In this document: in pieces, positions 1 through 10,444 of the stretch
Numbering within the stretch: position 1 is the first letter of the stretch
Layout of the letters: every line of letters starts with the position of its first letter
DNA from: Patescibacteria group bacterium
Lineage (GTDB): Bacteria; Patescibacteriota; Patescibacteriia; UM-FILTER-42-10
DNA length: 64,000 bases
NCBI GenBank assembly: GCA_041666485.1
Contig: JBAYGW010000003.1
Coordinates: 16,415-80,414, forward strand
Reading direction: 5' to 3'
The notes under the pieces: generated by a model
Databases searched by the model: none
What the model was told of the DNA's origin: nothing
Seen by the model: the letters and a program-made list of their open reading frames with translations, nothing else
Position numbers and translations under genes: made by a program

Positions 1-134
1 ATTTCTATATTTAAATGATTCATTACTTATTTACCATTTTTCATTAATTCCTAGTATATTTGCATATTATACAAACATGCGCTAGTCTAATTATACTTAC
101 ATGCTTCAATTTAAGCAAAATATAATACTAAATT

Positions 135-614
135 ATGCCGACACTTCCTGTAGTTACAGAACCAAACCCAATATTAAGAAAAAAAGCGGAAACTATCAAT
201 AATCCGCTATCTTCAGCTGTTCAGGAACTGATCCCAAAACTGACTGAAACCATGATTCAGGAGGACGGGATTGGTATCGCCGCTCCGCAGGTCGGTGAAT
301 CAATTCAAATGATTATTATCAACCAAAAAGACAGCCCAATGGTGATGATTAATCCCAGGATAATCACAAAATCAATCCGCACTGAAATAGCTGAAGAAGG
401 ATGTCTGAGCGTGCCCGGAATATTCGGCATGGTCAAACGTTCTAAAAAAGTTAAAGTGAATGCGATAGATGGTTTGGGTAAACCTTTTACAATCAAGGCC
501 GAGGGTCTATTTGCCAGAGTAATACAGCATGAAATTGACCATTTAAATGGCATACTTTTTATAGACAAGATGGTGAAACAAACTCGGAACCCGGGGGACG
601 ATAATATTCTTTAG
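135..614 (+). CDS. def: peptide deformylase
   Basis: 159 aa; GIGIAAPQVG, EGCLSVPG and HEIDHLNG motifs typical of PDF. Confidence 0.9.
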   Translation: MPTLPVVTEPNPILRKKAETINNPLSSAVQELIPKLTETMIQEDGIGIAAPQVGESIQMIIINQKDSPMVMINPRIITKSIRTEIAEEGCLSVPGIFGMVKRSKKVKVNAIDGLGKPFTIKAEGLFARVIQHEIDHLNGILFIDKMVKQTRNPGDDNIL

Positions 615-1117
615 CTGTTTTGTACAATTTTTTCTATAAACTCTTCTTTTAATTTCCGATACACTCTGCCGTCGCCTTTAGCCGTTTTCACGGCTTGTTT
701 TTTTATTTTTGAATATTCCATCACCGCTTCCGGATGATTTTTCAGGTAATCACGGAACAAAATAATCCGTCGCCATTCAACTCCCCCCATTTTCACAAGA
801 TGAATATGTACACGTCTGATTTTCTTCTTACTAACGTAATCTCTCCGAAAAAATATCCTACCCGGGACACTGGCAACAGCACGGTACTCATAGCCGATAT
901 TCTCCAGTTTCAATTTTACTTTATGCATGTCCTTTTGTTTAACACCAACAAGAATATCAACAATCCCCTTTCCTCCTAAACCACGGACGGACGTGCTTCC
1001 AATATGCTCCACAAGAGCTTTACTTCCTAATGCTTTTACAATTTTATTTTTTTCATAATTATAAAACCTATTGTAATCTGAGGTATATTTATTAAAAACG
1101 TATTTTTTCATTTCCAT
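611..1117 (-). CDS. GrpB family protein (nucleotidyltransferase-like, UPF0157)
   Basis: 168 aa; HIGSTSV.GL..KG.VDILV pattern characteristic of GrpB; 4-nt convergent overlap with def. Confidence 0.65.
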   Translation of the reverse strand: MEMKKYVFNKYTSDYNRFYNYEKNKIVKALGSKALVEHIGSTSVRGLGGKGIVDILVGVKQKDMHKVKLKLENIGYEYRAVASVPGRIFFRRDYVSKKKIRRVHIHLVKMGGVEWRRIILFRDYLKNHPEAVMEYSKIKKQAVKTAKGDGRVYRKLKEEFIEKIVQNS

Positions 1118-1126
1118 TGATCTTGT

Positions 1127-1426
1127 TTATTTACTTTTATTGATAGTTTTATAAACTGTGATGATAAAATATGGCAGAACCAACATAAACATATATTCTT
1201 CAATCGGCAGATTGCCAATTTTTATTCCGGTTAAACCAGATGCGCTGTAATCAAAATACCAATGGTGACTATAAACGGCAAAGCTGTCCCATGCAACTCC
1301 TACGATTAGTAAAATTAATACTGTGGAAATTCTTTGTTTCCATGAATTATATAAACCAATTTTGTTTTTCCATTGTAGAAAAACACTAAATATCAATATG
1401 AACGTTAATATGATTAGATAGTCCAT
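1127..1426 (-). CDS. lycopene cyclase domain-containing small membrane protein
   Basis: 99 aa, 3 predicted TM helices, PIEEYMF (PxEE) motif of CrtYcd-type lycopene cyclase domain. Confidence 0.4.
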   Translation of the reverse strand: MDYLIILTFILIFSVFLQWKNKIGLYNSWKQRISTVLILLIVGVAWDSFAVYSHHWYFDYSASGLTGIKIGNLPIEEYMFMLVLPYFIITVYKTINKSK

Positions 1427-1503
1427 AAATATGCTTTTATCAATGTAATCATATCACTTTTTTTGAAATGGATAAATATTTGTGGATAAAAAAAGAGCTC
1501 ATT

Positions 1504-1800
1504 TTAGACGCTCTTACTTGCGGTACTTATTTGGTGAGTACCGGTGTAAACACCATGCACGATCAATCCTACCCCGACCAAGATACCGACGACAACGCAG
1601 ATCCTCATGAGCAGTGGCATAGCGCGCCACTCGCCTCTCCAGTACGCAGCACATGCTGCTTCAAACGTCAGGACAGGCTGTTCTGACTCTGTCTTTGTGA
1701 GCGGTTCCGTCATGCGGTTCCCGTTCCCTTCTGTTGGACAGGCTAGTGTTTCGGGGCGAAGAAAATGAGCTTCAAAGAAGTATATCACCTCATTCCCCAT
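1504..1800 (-). CDS. hypothetical small protein with C-terminal TM segment (lies in a GC-rich island)
   Basis: 98-aa ORF in locally GC-rich (~50%+) block unlike flanking AT-rich DNA; no recognisable domain; could be non-coding. Confidence 0.25.
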   Translation of the reverse strand: MGNEVIYFFEAHFLRPETLACPTEGNGNRMTEPLTKTESEQPVLTFEAACAAYWRGEWRAMPLLMRICVVVGILVGVGLIVHGVYTGTHQISTASKSV

Positions 1801-1818
1801 TTGTCAATACTAGGAATT

Positions 1819-2103
1819 TCAGCTGTAAATTATCACACCGATGACAACCATAATATTGATGATAAATGACACTATATTCGTAAAAATAATCGGCTTCTTT
1901 TTATGTAACTTCCCATAAATAACCCAAAGGATTGAGTTAAACGCGTAGGTAATCCAGGCAATTAGTGAAACACCGTCCGCGTTCTTATTCAGCCAAATCT
2001 TTATTACCTGCGACGAAGTCAATATTGGAATTGCGATGCCCATAATATACATAACCCGATCAAGTAACTGAACTCTGTCTCGCGCTTTTTTATCCATATC
2101 CAA
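1819..2103 (-). CDS. SemiSWEET / PQ-loop family small transporter
   Basis: 94 aa, three TM helices, W.IYG and P.I..N motifs as in bacterial SemiSWEETs. Confidence 0.5.
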   Translation of the reverse strand: MDMDKKARDRVQLLDRVMYIMGIAIPILTSSQVIKIWLNKNADGVSLIAWITYAFNSILWVIYGKLHKKKPIIFTNIVSFIINIMVVIGVIIYS

Positions 2104-2197
2104 ATAGTCTCAATTCTAGCGGTTAATGTTATATTTCTTGAATATTCTTACTACATAAGTCATACTGTAAACACAGTATATCATTATATCTGCAATT

Positions 2198-3163
2198 ATG
2201 GTTAGTAAAAAAGACGAAGTAAATGACAGCAAATTCAGAGTGGCATTTTTCGGCACGCCGGATTTTGCCGTGCCGGCTTTACAGGCACTGCTCTCCATGC
2301 CGGAAATTTACGTGCTCGCCGCTGTTACCCAGCCCGATAAGCCGGCCGGAAGAAAACAGGAGCTGACGGCCCCGCCGATAAAAAAATTGGCGGAACAATA
2401 TAATCTGCCGGTCTGCCAGCCGGAACGGATAAAATCGGTAAAATTTGAACAGTGCTTACGAAATGTCAATCTAGATCTCGCGATCGTTGTGGCTTACGGC
2501 AAAATCATTCCGGAAAAAGTTCTGGACATACCAAAATACGGCTGGTTGAATATTCACGGATCTTTGTTGCCGAAATACCGCGGTGCTTCGCCGATTCAGG
2601 CAGCAATCTTAAATGATGAAAAAGAGACAGGAATTACGCTGATGAAAATTGATGCCGGTTTGGACACGGGAGCCATAATTAATCAAAAAACCATTCCGAT
2701 CATGAGTGGTGACAATTTTGAGTCACTGCATGACAAGCTTGCTCTGCTCGGAGCAGATATTTTAAAAAGTTCACTACTTGACTACTTAAACGGAAAACTG
2801 AAGCCGGTACCGCAGGACGATTTGAAAGCGACTAAAACGCTGATTATAAAAAAAGAAGACGGAAAAATTGATTGGTCAAAAGATGCGTCCGTAATTGCCA
2901 GACACATTAGGGCATATAATCCGTGGCCGGGTTCTTTTTGCAAGTATTACAATAAGACCCTGAAAATACACTCTGCGGAAATAGCTGACGCAAAAGTTCA
3001 ACTGAGTCCTGGTAAAATTTCATATATTGATAATTCCCTTGTAATCGGCTGCGGAAAGGGTAATTTGAAAGTAACTGAACTTCAATTGGAAGGTAAAAGA
3101 TTGCAAACAGCCAATGAATTTATTAATGGTATTCCAGATTTTAGAAATGCTCAGCTTGCTTAA
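2198..3163 (+). CDS. fmt: methionyl-tRNA formyltransferase
   Basis: 321 aa; VAFFGTPDFAVP N-terminus, HGSLLPKYRGASPIQ formyltransferase core, C-terminal Fmt domain. Confidence 0.9.
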   Translation: MVSKKDEVNDSKFRVAFFGTPDFAVPALQALLSMPEIYVLAAVTQPDKPAGRKQELTAPPIKKLAEQYNLPVCQPERIKSVKFEQCLRNVNLDLAIVVAYGKIIPEKVLDIPKYGWLNIHGSLLPKYRGASPIQAAILNDEKETGITLMKIDAGLDTGAIINQKTIPIMSGDNFESLHDKLALLGADILKSSLLDYLNGKLKPVPQDDLKATKTLIIKKEDGKIDWSKDASVIARHIRAYNPWPGSFCKYYNKTLKIHSAEIADAKVQLSPGKISYIDNSLVIGCGKGNLKVTELQLEGKRLQTANEFINGIPDFRNAQLA

Positions 3164-3297
3164 CCAAGCACAAGCTAAATAAAAAAATTGGCTCCTGCCA
3201 AGAACCCCACGCCTCATCCATTATAAATGTGTAGAGCAATCTCTACAGCTACATTCATTAGAAATGCCGTCCTTGAATTAATTTCTTTTTTTTATTT

Positions 3298-3341
3298 CCC
3301 CTAATTCCTGACCCCTAACTCCTATACCCTATTTCCTAATT
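3298..3341. repeat. three imperfect direct copies of ~15-nt CCCCTAAYTCCTRW motif
   Basis: cccctaattcctga / cccctaactcctata / ccctatttcctaatt directly read in sequence; CCTAA/TAATT motifs recur in other intergenic regions. Confidence 0.4.
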
Positions 3342-4819
3342 TTCTCCGTCACATTAAATCCCATGTATTTACCCAGCATCAGCCGGGTCTGAGCATCAAT
3401 CGCTGGAATTGATCCGAAAAAGATCATTGTTACCGGAAAGAGTACCCATTGTAACAGCATTTCAACAAATTTAATCTTATGTTTTTGCTCGGGCCTTTTA
3501 GGCAGCAATGTCGTACTGAAAACTGCCATCAAAATCAGGCCGATCATTGCCGCGCTCATCAGCCACTCCAATACATAAGGCGCGGTTTGTGCGGCGATTG
3601 ATGAAGACTCCTGGTATCTGGCAACCGCAAGCGGTAGTCTACCTAAGATAAATATCAAAATCGGAGCTGTGGCCCAGGAATAATGTCCCTCCGCCATGTT
3701 CCACACGTAGTGAAATTTTTGTCGCCATTTAATTTTCTTATTTTTTTTGAAAAACCAAAGCATATACGGAAAATGCTCAATACCGTATGCCCAGCGCCTT
3801 TGCTGTTTATATTGATTTTTTAAACTTTGCCACAGGGTGCTGCCCATAACCGTATCCATGGAAACCGGTATGTACATAGGCGTCACAGTATAATCTCCGT
3901 CATATTCCAGAAAACACTGCAGAAATATTCTGGAATCCTCAGTGACAATATCGTTCTGCCAGAAATCAATATCCACCAGTGCGCGGAAACTCATACTGTG
4001 TGATGAAAATGTAAATAATCTTTCCGGCCGTAACTGTTCGGTCATCAACCAGAATGTCGTGCCATTTGCCACCACCCGCATCAGTGCCGGCGAATCCCAG
4101 ATATTATTATTGAACAGAGGCACGGGCTGGAAACTGGTTTTGGTCGGATTCGGATGGTTAAGATACATGTTCGTCAAATACGCAAAATATTCGCTGTGCA
4201 CGCATGTATCAACATCAAACGAGGATACGATAACGTTTTCGTACGGAATATTTTGGCTGTCAATATATTCCTTTGTTTTTCTACCAGCCCAGGCGATATT
4301 TGAACCTTTCCCGGGCATTTCTCCCGGAATATTCGCCGGGTGTTCCACCACCAGCAGTTTATGAAACTTATCACCGAATTCTCTTTGCATAATTTCCGCA
4401 ATACCGCTCGCTCTTTCCCTATCCCGCTCCTCAATCGCAAACGTAACAATAAATTTGTCCTTCGGATAATTGGAATTTACTAAGCTCTGGAATGTTGATC
4501 TTATTACTTCAATCGGCTCTTTATATGTCGGCAACATAATAAAATGATACATGTCCTGCCAACGGGAATTTTTCCTGCATTCTTCCAACCAATTTACCTT
4601 GATCGCTCTTTTGAAACGGCGATACGAGATGATCATATACAACTGTAAATACAGTATGCGCATCAGCCACAGTAGATCAAAGACAATAATAAAATATATC
4701 ACCCAGATCGGCTGGAAAAATGACAGTGAAATTGCGGCAATAAAAGTAGTCCAGGTCAGCGCACCCGGGATTATTTCCAGAATTCTATATTTACGATAAT
4801 CAGACAGTTTATTAAACAT
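3329..4819 (-). CDS. processive family-2 glycosyltransferase (cellulose/chitin synthase-like, membrane)
   Basis: 496 aa; N- and C-terminal TM helices, FDVDT (DxD), QQRRWAYG (QxxRW) motif. Confidence 0.75.
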   Translation of the reverse strand: MFNKLSDYRKYRILEIIPGALTWTTFIAAISLSFFQPIWVIYFIIVFDLLWLMRILYLQLYMIISYRRFKRAIKVNWLEECRKNSRWQDMYHFIMLPTYKEPIEVIRSTFQSLVNSNYPKDKFIVTFAIEERDRERASGIAEIMQREFGDKFHKLLVVEHPANIPGEMPGKGSNIAWAGRKTKEYIDSQNIPYENVIVSSFDVDTCVHSEYFAYLTNMYLNHPNPTKTSFQPVPLFNNNIWDSPALMRVVANGTTFWLMTEQLRPERLFTFSSHSMSFRALVDIDFWQNDIVTEDSRIFLQCFLEYDGDYTVTPMYIPVSMDTVMGSTLWQSLKNQYKQQRRWAYGIEHFPYMLWFFKKNKKIKWRQKFHYVWNMAEGHYSWATAPILIFILGRLPLAVARYQESSSIAAQTAPYVLEWLMSAAMIGLILMAVFSTTLLPKRPEQKHKIKFVEMLLQWVLFPVTMIFFGSIPAIDAQTRLMLGKYMGFNVTEKIRK

Positions 4820-5678
4820 ATAGTTTTTGGCATTTAGGACAAAAGGTTGTACCGCGGTTACTCACTTTGGTCCTGGACAGTTTAGTGTCACAGCGGAAAC
4901 AATTTTGTCCGCTACGCTTATATACTTTTCTCACGTTCTGGTAATTACCTTTTCTACCGAGCGCATCACGGTAATCTGATATGGATGTACCACGATACTT
5001 TACCGCCTTTTTCAGTATTTTAACAATAGCTGAATGGATGGCTTTGCTTTGTCTTACATTCAGACTGTCCGTTTTCTGTTTAGGATTGATCTTCGCTTCC
5101 CATAAAATCTCATCTGCATATATATTCCCGATTCCTGATACAAAATGCTGATCCAGTAAAATAGATTTAATAAAACCTTTTTTATTTTGGAGCCTTGATT
5201 TAAATACACTGTATGTAAACTCACGACTCAGCGGTTCCGGACCGAGTTTTTTCAGCCGCGGCATATCATTCTCTTCACTTGTTTTAAAAAGCTTAATCTC
5301 GCCAAATCTCCTCACATCCGAAAAAGCCAGCTCTTTATTATCATCCAAATAAAAGCGGGTGCGTATAAACTGATTAAAGGAATCGTAAAATGGACTGTCT
5401 TTTCCCTCTTTATTCTTCCAGTCATGATCACGATAAAGCAAATGACCGGTCATTTTTAAATGAATAAGTAATGTTTGATTACCTGTCAGATCAATCAGAA
5501 TATTTTTTGCCCGCCTTCTAACACCGGTCACTTTCCTGCCGACAATACCTTTCCTGACTTTCAAAACAGAAGGATGAAAGCTCTTCGGCCAATCAGTCCA
5601 AATCTTTTGAACAGTATGTCCTTTCAATTTTACATTTAAATCAGAAACAATTGTTTGTACTTCGGGCAGCTCCGGCAT
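4812..5678 (-). CDS. mutM: formamidopyrimidine-DNA glycosylase
   Basis: 288 aa; MPELPEV N-terminus, H2TH region, C-terminal zinc finger CFRC...CPKCQ. Confidence 0.85.
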   Translation of the reverse strand: MPELPEVQTIVSDLNVKLKGHTVQKIWTDWPKSFHPSVLKVRKGIVGRKVTGVRRRAKNILIDLTGNQTLLIHLKMTGHLLYRDHDWKNKEGKDSPFYDSFNQFIRTRFYLDDNKELAFSDVRRFGEIKLFKTSEENDMPRLKKLGPEPLSREFTYSVFKSRLQNKKGFIKSILLDQHFVSGIGNIYADEILWEAKINPKQKTDSLNVRQSKAIHSAIVKILKKAVKYRGTSISDYRDALGRKGNYQNVRKVYKRSGQNCFRCDTKLSRTKVSNRGTTFCPKCQKLYV

Positions 5679-5679
5679 A

Positions 5680-6078
5680 TTATATTATAATAGTTGATTG
5701 ATAATACTTCTCCTGAAAATTTATCTGCTTCCTTATTTCATCAACGCTGTATTTATTATTGTCAGCAACCACTAGTTTAAATTCATCATCATCTTTTCTT
5801 TCCACAAACGCGATAACAACACCTACATATTCATTAACGGGATTGTTGACACCCACCACATAAGCATCAACCGGCTCTCCGTCTCCCGCCATTGTTCCGG
5901 GGATATATCCGTAATTTATTTTGTATTTGGATTCCGGAAAATCAGGATGGCACGAACCAATTGGCCGGTCAATAATTACTTTCACTTTTTTACCTAACCA
6001 TTTTTTTGAGTCTTGATTCATTGGATTACAGCAATTATACCCTACCCAAGCCATAAAATAAAGAACCGAATTAACCAA
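5680..6078 (-). CDS. short inorganic pyrophosphatase-like protein
   Basis: 132 aa; NYGYIPGT...GDGEPVDAYVV aligns with family I PPase NYGYI..T..DGDPVDVLV core; lacks normal N- and C-terminal regions. Confidence 0.5.
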   Translation of the reverse strand: MVNSVLYFMAWVGYNCCNPMNQDSKKWLGKKVKVIIDRPIGSCHPDFPESKYKINYGYIPGTMAGDGEPVDAYVVGVNNPVNEYVGVVIAFVERKDDDEFKLVVADNNKYSVDEIRKQINFQEKYYQSTIII

Positions 6079-6130
6079 AAAGACCCCGCGATTGCGGGAT
6101 CCTTTTTCCTCCTTAGCAATTTCAAATTTA

Positions 6131-6412
6131 TTAGAGAATTGCGTCTTTTGCTGCTTTGGCGACTCTGAACTTCAGCACTGTTTTGGCTTTGATCTGAATC
6201 TGTTCGCCCGTGGCTGGGTTTCGGCCCATGCGAGCTTCACGGTGCTTTTTGATCATCTTTCCCAAACCCGGGAGAGTGATTTCACCGCTTGATTTACATT
6301 CTTTGTAAACCAATTCGTTTAGGTTTTCCATGAAGGAAACAACCTCTTTTTTTTGAAGACCGGTTTTTTCAACCAGCGCTCCAATGAATTGAGACTTGGT
6401 CATTGATGCCAT
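6131..6412 (-). CDS. hup: HU family DNA-binding protein
   Basis: 93 aa; MTKSQFI..L, GFGKF..R.R.ARMGRNP.TGE pattern of HU/IHF. Confidence 0.85.
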   Translation of the reverse strand: MASMTKSQFIGALVEKTGLQKKEVVSFMENLNELVYKECKSSGEITLPGLGKMIKKHREARMGRNPATGEQIQIKAKTVLKFRVAKAAKDAIL

Positions 6413-6682
6413 AGTATTCTCTTTTCTTACTTAATTAGTTATTCACATGTTAATGATTACATGCGTAGTATATACTATTTTGCAATATTTGCATAGATTC
6501 CCCTTTGTTTATAAGTATTTTTTACATACGAAGATATTCGGATCGCAATATTAATTTATAAAAAATGCATAATTATTGGCTAATATAAGCCATTTTCTAT
6601 TACTAAATAAAATGTCGCAAAAGCAACAAACTAATCAGATAAAAACTATTATATCGCCTGATAAAATGGTATGATTGTTATT

Positions 6683-8161
6683 ATGAAAAGACAATCCGGA
6701 ATATTATTACACATCACATCACTGCCCAGTCCGTATGGCATTGGTGATTTGGGAGAAGAAGCATTTAGATTTATTGATTTCTTAAGCAAGTCCGGACAGA
6801 GTATTTGGCAAATTCTTCCATTAACCATACCGGACTCTATCGGTTCACCATACGCGTCTTCATCTGCGTTTGCCGGAAACTGGCTACTAATTAGTCCTGA
6901 TGAATTATTAAAAGCCGGATTGCTGCACAAAAAGTCACTTCCCAAAACAAAGCGAGTCACAGCGATCAAATATTCAAAAGTATTCCAAGAGCGACGAAAA
7001 CTCGTTGAAAAATCATATGAGTATTTCCGCAAACATGCTTCACGTGAACAGAGTAACAGCTTTAATCATTTTATCCAATATCATTCAAAATGGCTCAACG
7101 ATTTCGGGCTGTTTATGGCGCTTAAAGATCACTTCAAGGGTGCGCGATGGTTTAATTGGCCTGAGGATATTGCCAACAGAGAAGAACAAGCCATCAAATA
7201 CTGGCAAAAAAAACTTGATCGCCAAATAAAAGTATATCAATACGGACAATGGATATTTTTTTCTCAGTATGCGAAAATTAAAAAATACGCGAATAAAAAA
7301 GGTATCCGCATTTTTGGCGATATTCCATTCTTTATTATTCACGACAGTGTAAATGTTTGGGTTGATCGGGATTTGTTTTTGCTGGACGATAAATACCAAC
7401 CCCTGGCCAAATCGGGTGTGCCACCGGATTATTTCAGCAAACGTGGACAGTTGTGGGGTGACCCGCAGTACAACTGGGAAAAAATGAAGAAAAATAATTT
7501 CCGTTGGTTTATCAGAAGAATAAAAAAAGCGGAAAACTTTTATGATGATGTTCGTTTAGACCATTTTAGAGGCTATTCAGCAGTATGGCATGTTGATCCA
7601 AAATCCAAAACATCTAAAAATGGCAAATGGGTCCCTGTACCCGGAATTGAAATCTTCAGAGAAGTAAAAAGCAAATTCAAAAATCTTTCTATCATTGCGG
7701 AAGATCTTGGATATATAACTCACGATGTAGTTGAATTGAAAAGGCATTATAAATTTCCGGGTATGCGCGTAATGCAGTTTGGTTTTAGTGGAAAACAGAA
7801 TAATTTTCATCTACCCACGAATTTTTCAACCGATTGCGTCGCTTATACCGGCACTCATGATAACGACACAACCTATGGCTGGATTACGAAATCCGGTAAA
7901 ACGTCGCAAAAGAAATTTGCGCTAAAATATGCGAAAACTGACAAAAAGCATTTTGCCTGGAAGCTTATTGAAATAGGTATGCGCTCAAGAGCCTGTTGGT
8001 TCGTCTTCCCTATTCAGGACGCTCTAAATCTCGGATCAGAGGCCCGCATGAACAAACCGTCAACCAAAAAGAAAAACTGGCAATGGCGTATGAAAAAAAA
8101 CGCATTATCGGACGAATTGGCAATTAAGATAAACAATCTTACCAGATCTGCCAGAAGATAA
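6683..8161 (+). CDS. malQ: 4-alpha-glucanotransferase (amylomaltase, GH77)
   Basis: N-terminus KRQSGILLHITSLPSPYGIGDLG typical of MalQ; GH77 length; ORF-track frame opens at 6671, MKRQ start chosen. Confidence 0.85.
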   Translation: MKRQSGILLHITSLPSPYGIGDLGEEAFRFIDFLSKSGQSIWQILPLTIPDSIGSPYASSSAFAGNWLLISPDELLKAGLLHKKSLPKTKRVTAIKYSKVFQERRKLVEKSYEYFRKHASREQSNSFNHFIQYHSKWLNDFGLFMALKDHFKGARWFNWPEDIANREEQAIKYWQKKLDRQIKVYQYGQWIFFSQYAKIKKYANKKGIRIFGDIPFFIIHDSVNVWVDRDLFLLDDKYQPLAKSGVPPDYFSKRGQLWGDPQYNWEKMKKNNFRWFIRRIKKAENFYDDVRLDHFRGYSAVWHVDPKSKTSKNGKWVPVPGIEIFREVKSKFKNLSIIAEDLGYITHDVVELKRHYKFPGMRVMQFGFSGKQNNFHLPTNFSTDCVAYTGTHDNDTTYGWITKSGKTSQKKFALKYAKTDKKHFAWKLIEIGMRSRACWFVFPIQDALNLGSEARMNKPSTKKKNWQWRMKKNALSDELAIKINNLTRSARR

Positions 8162-8167
8162 TAATTC

Positions 8168-8207
8168 TAAAAACGTTCCGGCTTGAAATAAGCGCCGGGG
8201 CGTTTTT
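8168..8207. terminator. bidirectional intrinsic terminator hairpin between convergent genes
   Basis: AAAAACGTTCCGGC...GCCGGGGCGTTTTT; GC stem flanked by A-run and T-run. Confidence 0.5.
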
Positions 8208-8321
8208 GATTATTCCAGAATCAGATTTCCGACCATGCCCATTTGCCGGTGATTTTGTATACCGCAATAATATTCAAAAATTCCGGTTTTATCCGCTATA
8301 AACTCCACTTAATATTAATAA

Positions 8322-8516
8322 TTAGCCGACCTTTTCCCATGTGGCATCATCGGCAACTTCATCAATGTCTACTTTTTTCTGGGGAATCAGGCACGAAACA
8401 CATTCGGGAAATTTTTCGCCTTTTTCCAATTTTGACTTATAGCCGCACGGCATACATAAATATTCTCCCGTCTCCGGAGCTTTATCACCGGCGTAATAGT
8501 ACTTTTTAATAGGCAT
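8322..8516 (-). CDS. small zinc-ribbon protein (CxxC...CxxC)
   Basis: 64 aa; CMPCG...CVSC pairs. Confidence 0.35.
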   Translation of the reverse strand: MPIKKYYYAGDKAPETGEYLCMPCGYKSKLEKGEKFPECVSCLIPQKKVDIDEVADDATWEKVG

Positions 8517-8531
8517 ACCTCCTCCTAATTG

Positions 8532-9098
8532 TTAAGAAGTAATATTTTCTCTGCCCCATTTAAGGGTTTTTGTCATCCAGATTAATTCTGTTAAAAAAGT
8601 ATCAATTCTTACATCGTATGATTCATCTAAAACGTTACCATCATCGTCAAAAAGTGTATCAACCTTTGAGAAGTTCAAGTCAGTCTTAATCATTGATAAT
8701 TGCAGGGCCTTCATAACAGATGCCAAACTTTCAACTGCCCTTGCCCCGCCAAAACCACCGTCTGAAACACTGCATAAGCCCACCGATTTATGCCGGTATT
8801 CCGGTAACAGCATATCCAGGGCCATTTTTAAACTACCCGGGAAACTGTGATTATACTCGGGTGATACAATAATCAAACCGTCCGCTTTTTCTACTAATTC
8901 TTTAAAATCAGAATTTTTTTTACCCAGACCGCGCCCTTCATTACCCGCAAAATTTAATTTTTTTACATCAATGATTTGCGTTACAATCCCCGGTTTCTCC
9001 CTGACTCTTTTTTCCAAATATTTCGCGACTTTTTCACTTTCGCGTCCTTCTCTGGTTGTACCAAGAATAATCGGCAAATATAGAGCATCTTCTGACAT
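8532..9098 (-). CDS. NADPH-dependent FMN reductase family protein
   Basis: 188 aa; N-terminal LPIILGTTREGR flavodoxin-like fold pattern typical of NAD(P)H-dependent FMN reductases. Confidence 0.7.
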   Translation of the reverse strand: MSEDALYLPIILGTTREGRESEKVAKYLEKRVREKPGIVTQIIDVKKLNFAGNEGRGLGKKNSDFKELVEKADGLIIVSPEYNHSFPGSLKMALDMLLPEYRHKSVGLCSVSDGGFGGARAVESLASVMKALQLSMIKTDLNFSKVDTLFDDDGNVLDESYDVRIDTFLTELIWMTKTLKWGRENITS

Positions 9099-9115
9099 AT
9101 AATTATAATTAATTA

Positions 9116-9814
9116 TTAAATATATTGTTGTGGATCAATCCAATTATTCAGTTCTGCTTCTGTCTGGACATATCCTTTGATATTAATTTCAGTTCCTTTA
9201 TGTATCCCGAAATGCAGATGCTTTCTTTCCCCGTCTGTTTCCGCGCTTTTGTCCGCACCCAGTAACCCTATTATATCCCCTTTTTTGATATTTGATCCAA
9301 CTTCAAATTTTACACTAGCTATCATTAAATGACCGTAAATTACAGTAACTCTCTGACCATTCAAATCACATTCCTGGACAATCACTCCCCCATAACCGCT
9401 TGCGGTAGTTTTCATTCTAAGCGATCCGGTACAAAAAGACTTAACCTCCACATCACTGTTTAGTTCGTCAGCAAATACCTCAAAGTCAGCTCCGGTATGA
9501 TATCCGGAAAATCTCTCCGGCTGTACCGGCGAATTAGTCTTCGTTATTTTAATACCGAATGGTTTTTTTATAATTCTTTCTTTTGGTTGATCCAAAGGAC
9601 TCTGATAACCCTCATTACTTACCTGATTATTTAAATTTTGGTTTAAATCGGCATTTGCAATGTTTGTAATTTCGGAATTTACCAATACACTATTATTTAA
9701 AATTGTACTGTTACCAATGTTCTGGTTTTTCTTAATCTGTAAAAAAACAAACACACCAAAAAATATAAACATTATCAGCAAACCATAGAGAACCCTTTTG
9801 AATCCTTTACCCAT
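9116..9814 (-). CDS. M23 family metallopeptidase (LytM-like), membrane anchored
   Basis: 232 aa; N-terminal TM; HTGADF...HLHFGIH motifs of peptidase M23. Confidence 0.8.
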   Translation of the reverse strand: MGKGFKRVLYGLLIMFIFFGVFVFLQIKKNQNIGNSTILNNSVLVNSEITNIANADLNQNLNNQVSNEGYQSPLDQPKERIIKKPFGIKITKTNSPVQPERFSGYHTGADFEVFADELNSDVEVKSFCTGSLRMKTTASGYGGVIVQECDLNGQRVTVIYGHLMIASVKFEVGSNIKKGDIIGLLGADKSAETDGERKHLHFGIHKGTEINIKGYVQTEAELNNWIDPQQYI

Positions 9815-9847
9815 TATCTTCTTATTAATATATTATTAAGTAAAACT

Positions 9848-9880
9848 CCCACCAAATAAATGGAGGGAGTTTTATCAATT
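9848..9880. terminator. hairpin AAAACTCCC...GGGAGTTTT downstream of arsR
   Basis: 9-bp perfect stem with A/T-rich flanks; a second hairpin GCCTG..CAGGC at 9931-9950. Confidence 0.4.
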
Positions 9881-9956
9881 CGGTTAGCAACCGCAATCAG
9901 GACCTGATGTCATTTTATTTACCTTTCATGTTTGCCTGCTTAAAATACAGGCTTAA

Positions 9957-10307
9957 TTAATGAATATGTTGATCTAAATGATTATCCAGCATTTCAACCT
10001 GTTCTTTGTCACTGATCTCAAGCATATAGCAAACGCACTTGCCCATTTTATACTTAGTTACAATCCGGGAGCGCTCTAGCATACTTAGCTGGTGCGACAC
10101 TGCGCTGATACTGATACCGAGCACAGCAGCGATATCTGAAACACAGATCTCTTCATAATGTTTTAATAACAGCAATATTTTTATCCTGGTCGGATCAGAC
10201 AAAACATTGCATAGATCACTTTGGATTTTTATGTGTTTACCGTTTCTTTTCAGCCAATTCTGATTTTTTAATATTTGCTTTTGCGTTAACATACTACGTT
10301 TTATCAT
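9957..10307 (-). CDS. ArsR/SmtB family transcriptional regulator
   Basis: 116 aa; wHTH with ICVSDIAAVLGISISAVSHQLSML. Confidence 0.75.
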   Translation of the reverse strand: MIKRSMLTQKQILKNQNWLKRNGKHIKIQSDLCNVLSDPTRIKILLLLKHYEEICVSDIAAVLGISISAVSHQLSMLERSRIVTKYKMGKCVCYMLEISDKEQVEMLDNHLDQHIH

Positions 10308-10444
10308 TTGCTCAAGTGTCTTAATGATATAGCAATTTGTTACCGCCTGTCAAGTCGGGTCACAACTCCTCATAAAGCCAATCTTGACAATAACGTACTT
10401 TTGTATTACTTTCTTTGTATGTTGATCTTTGAAACAACGATGTA

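Noticed and set aside
2116-2298. 60-aa minus ORF overlapping the fmt start
   Set aside because: It overlaps a confidently identified fmt N-terminus and its promoter region; likely spurious.
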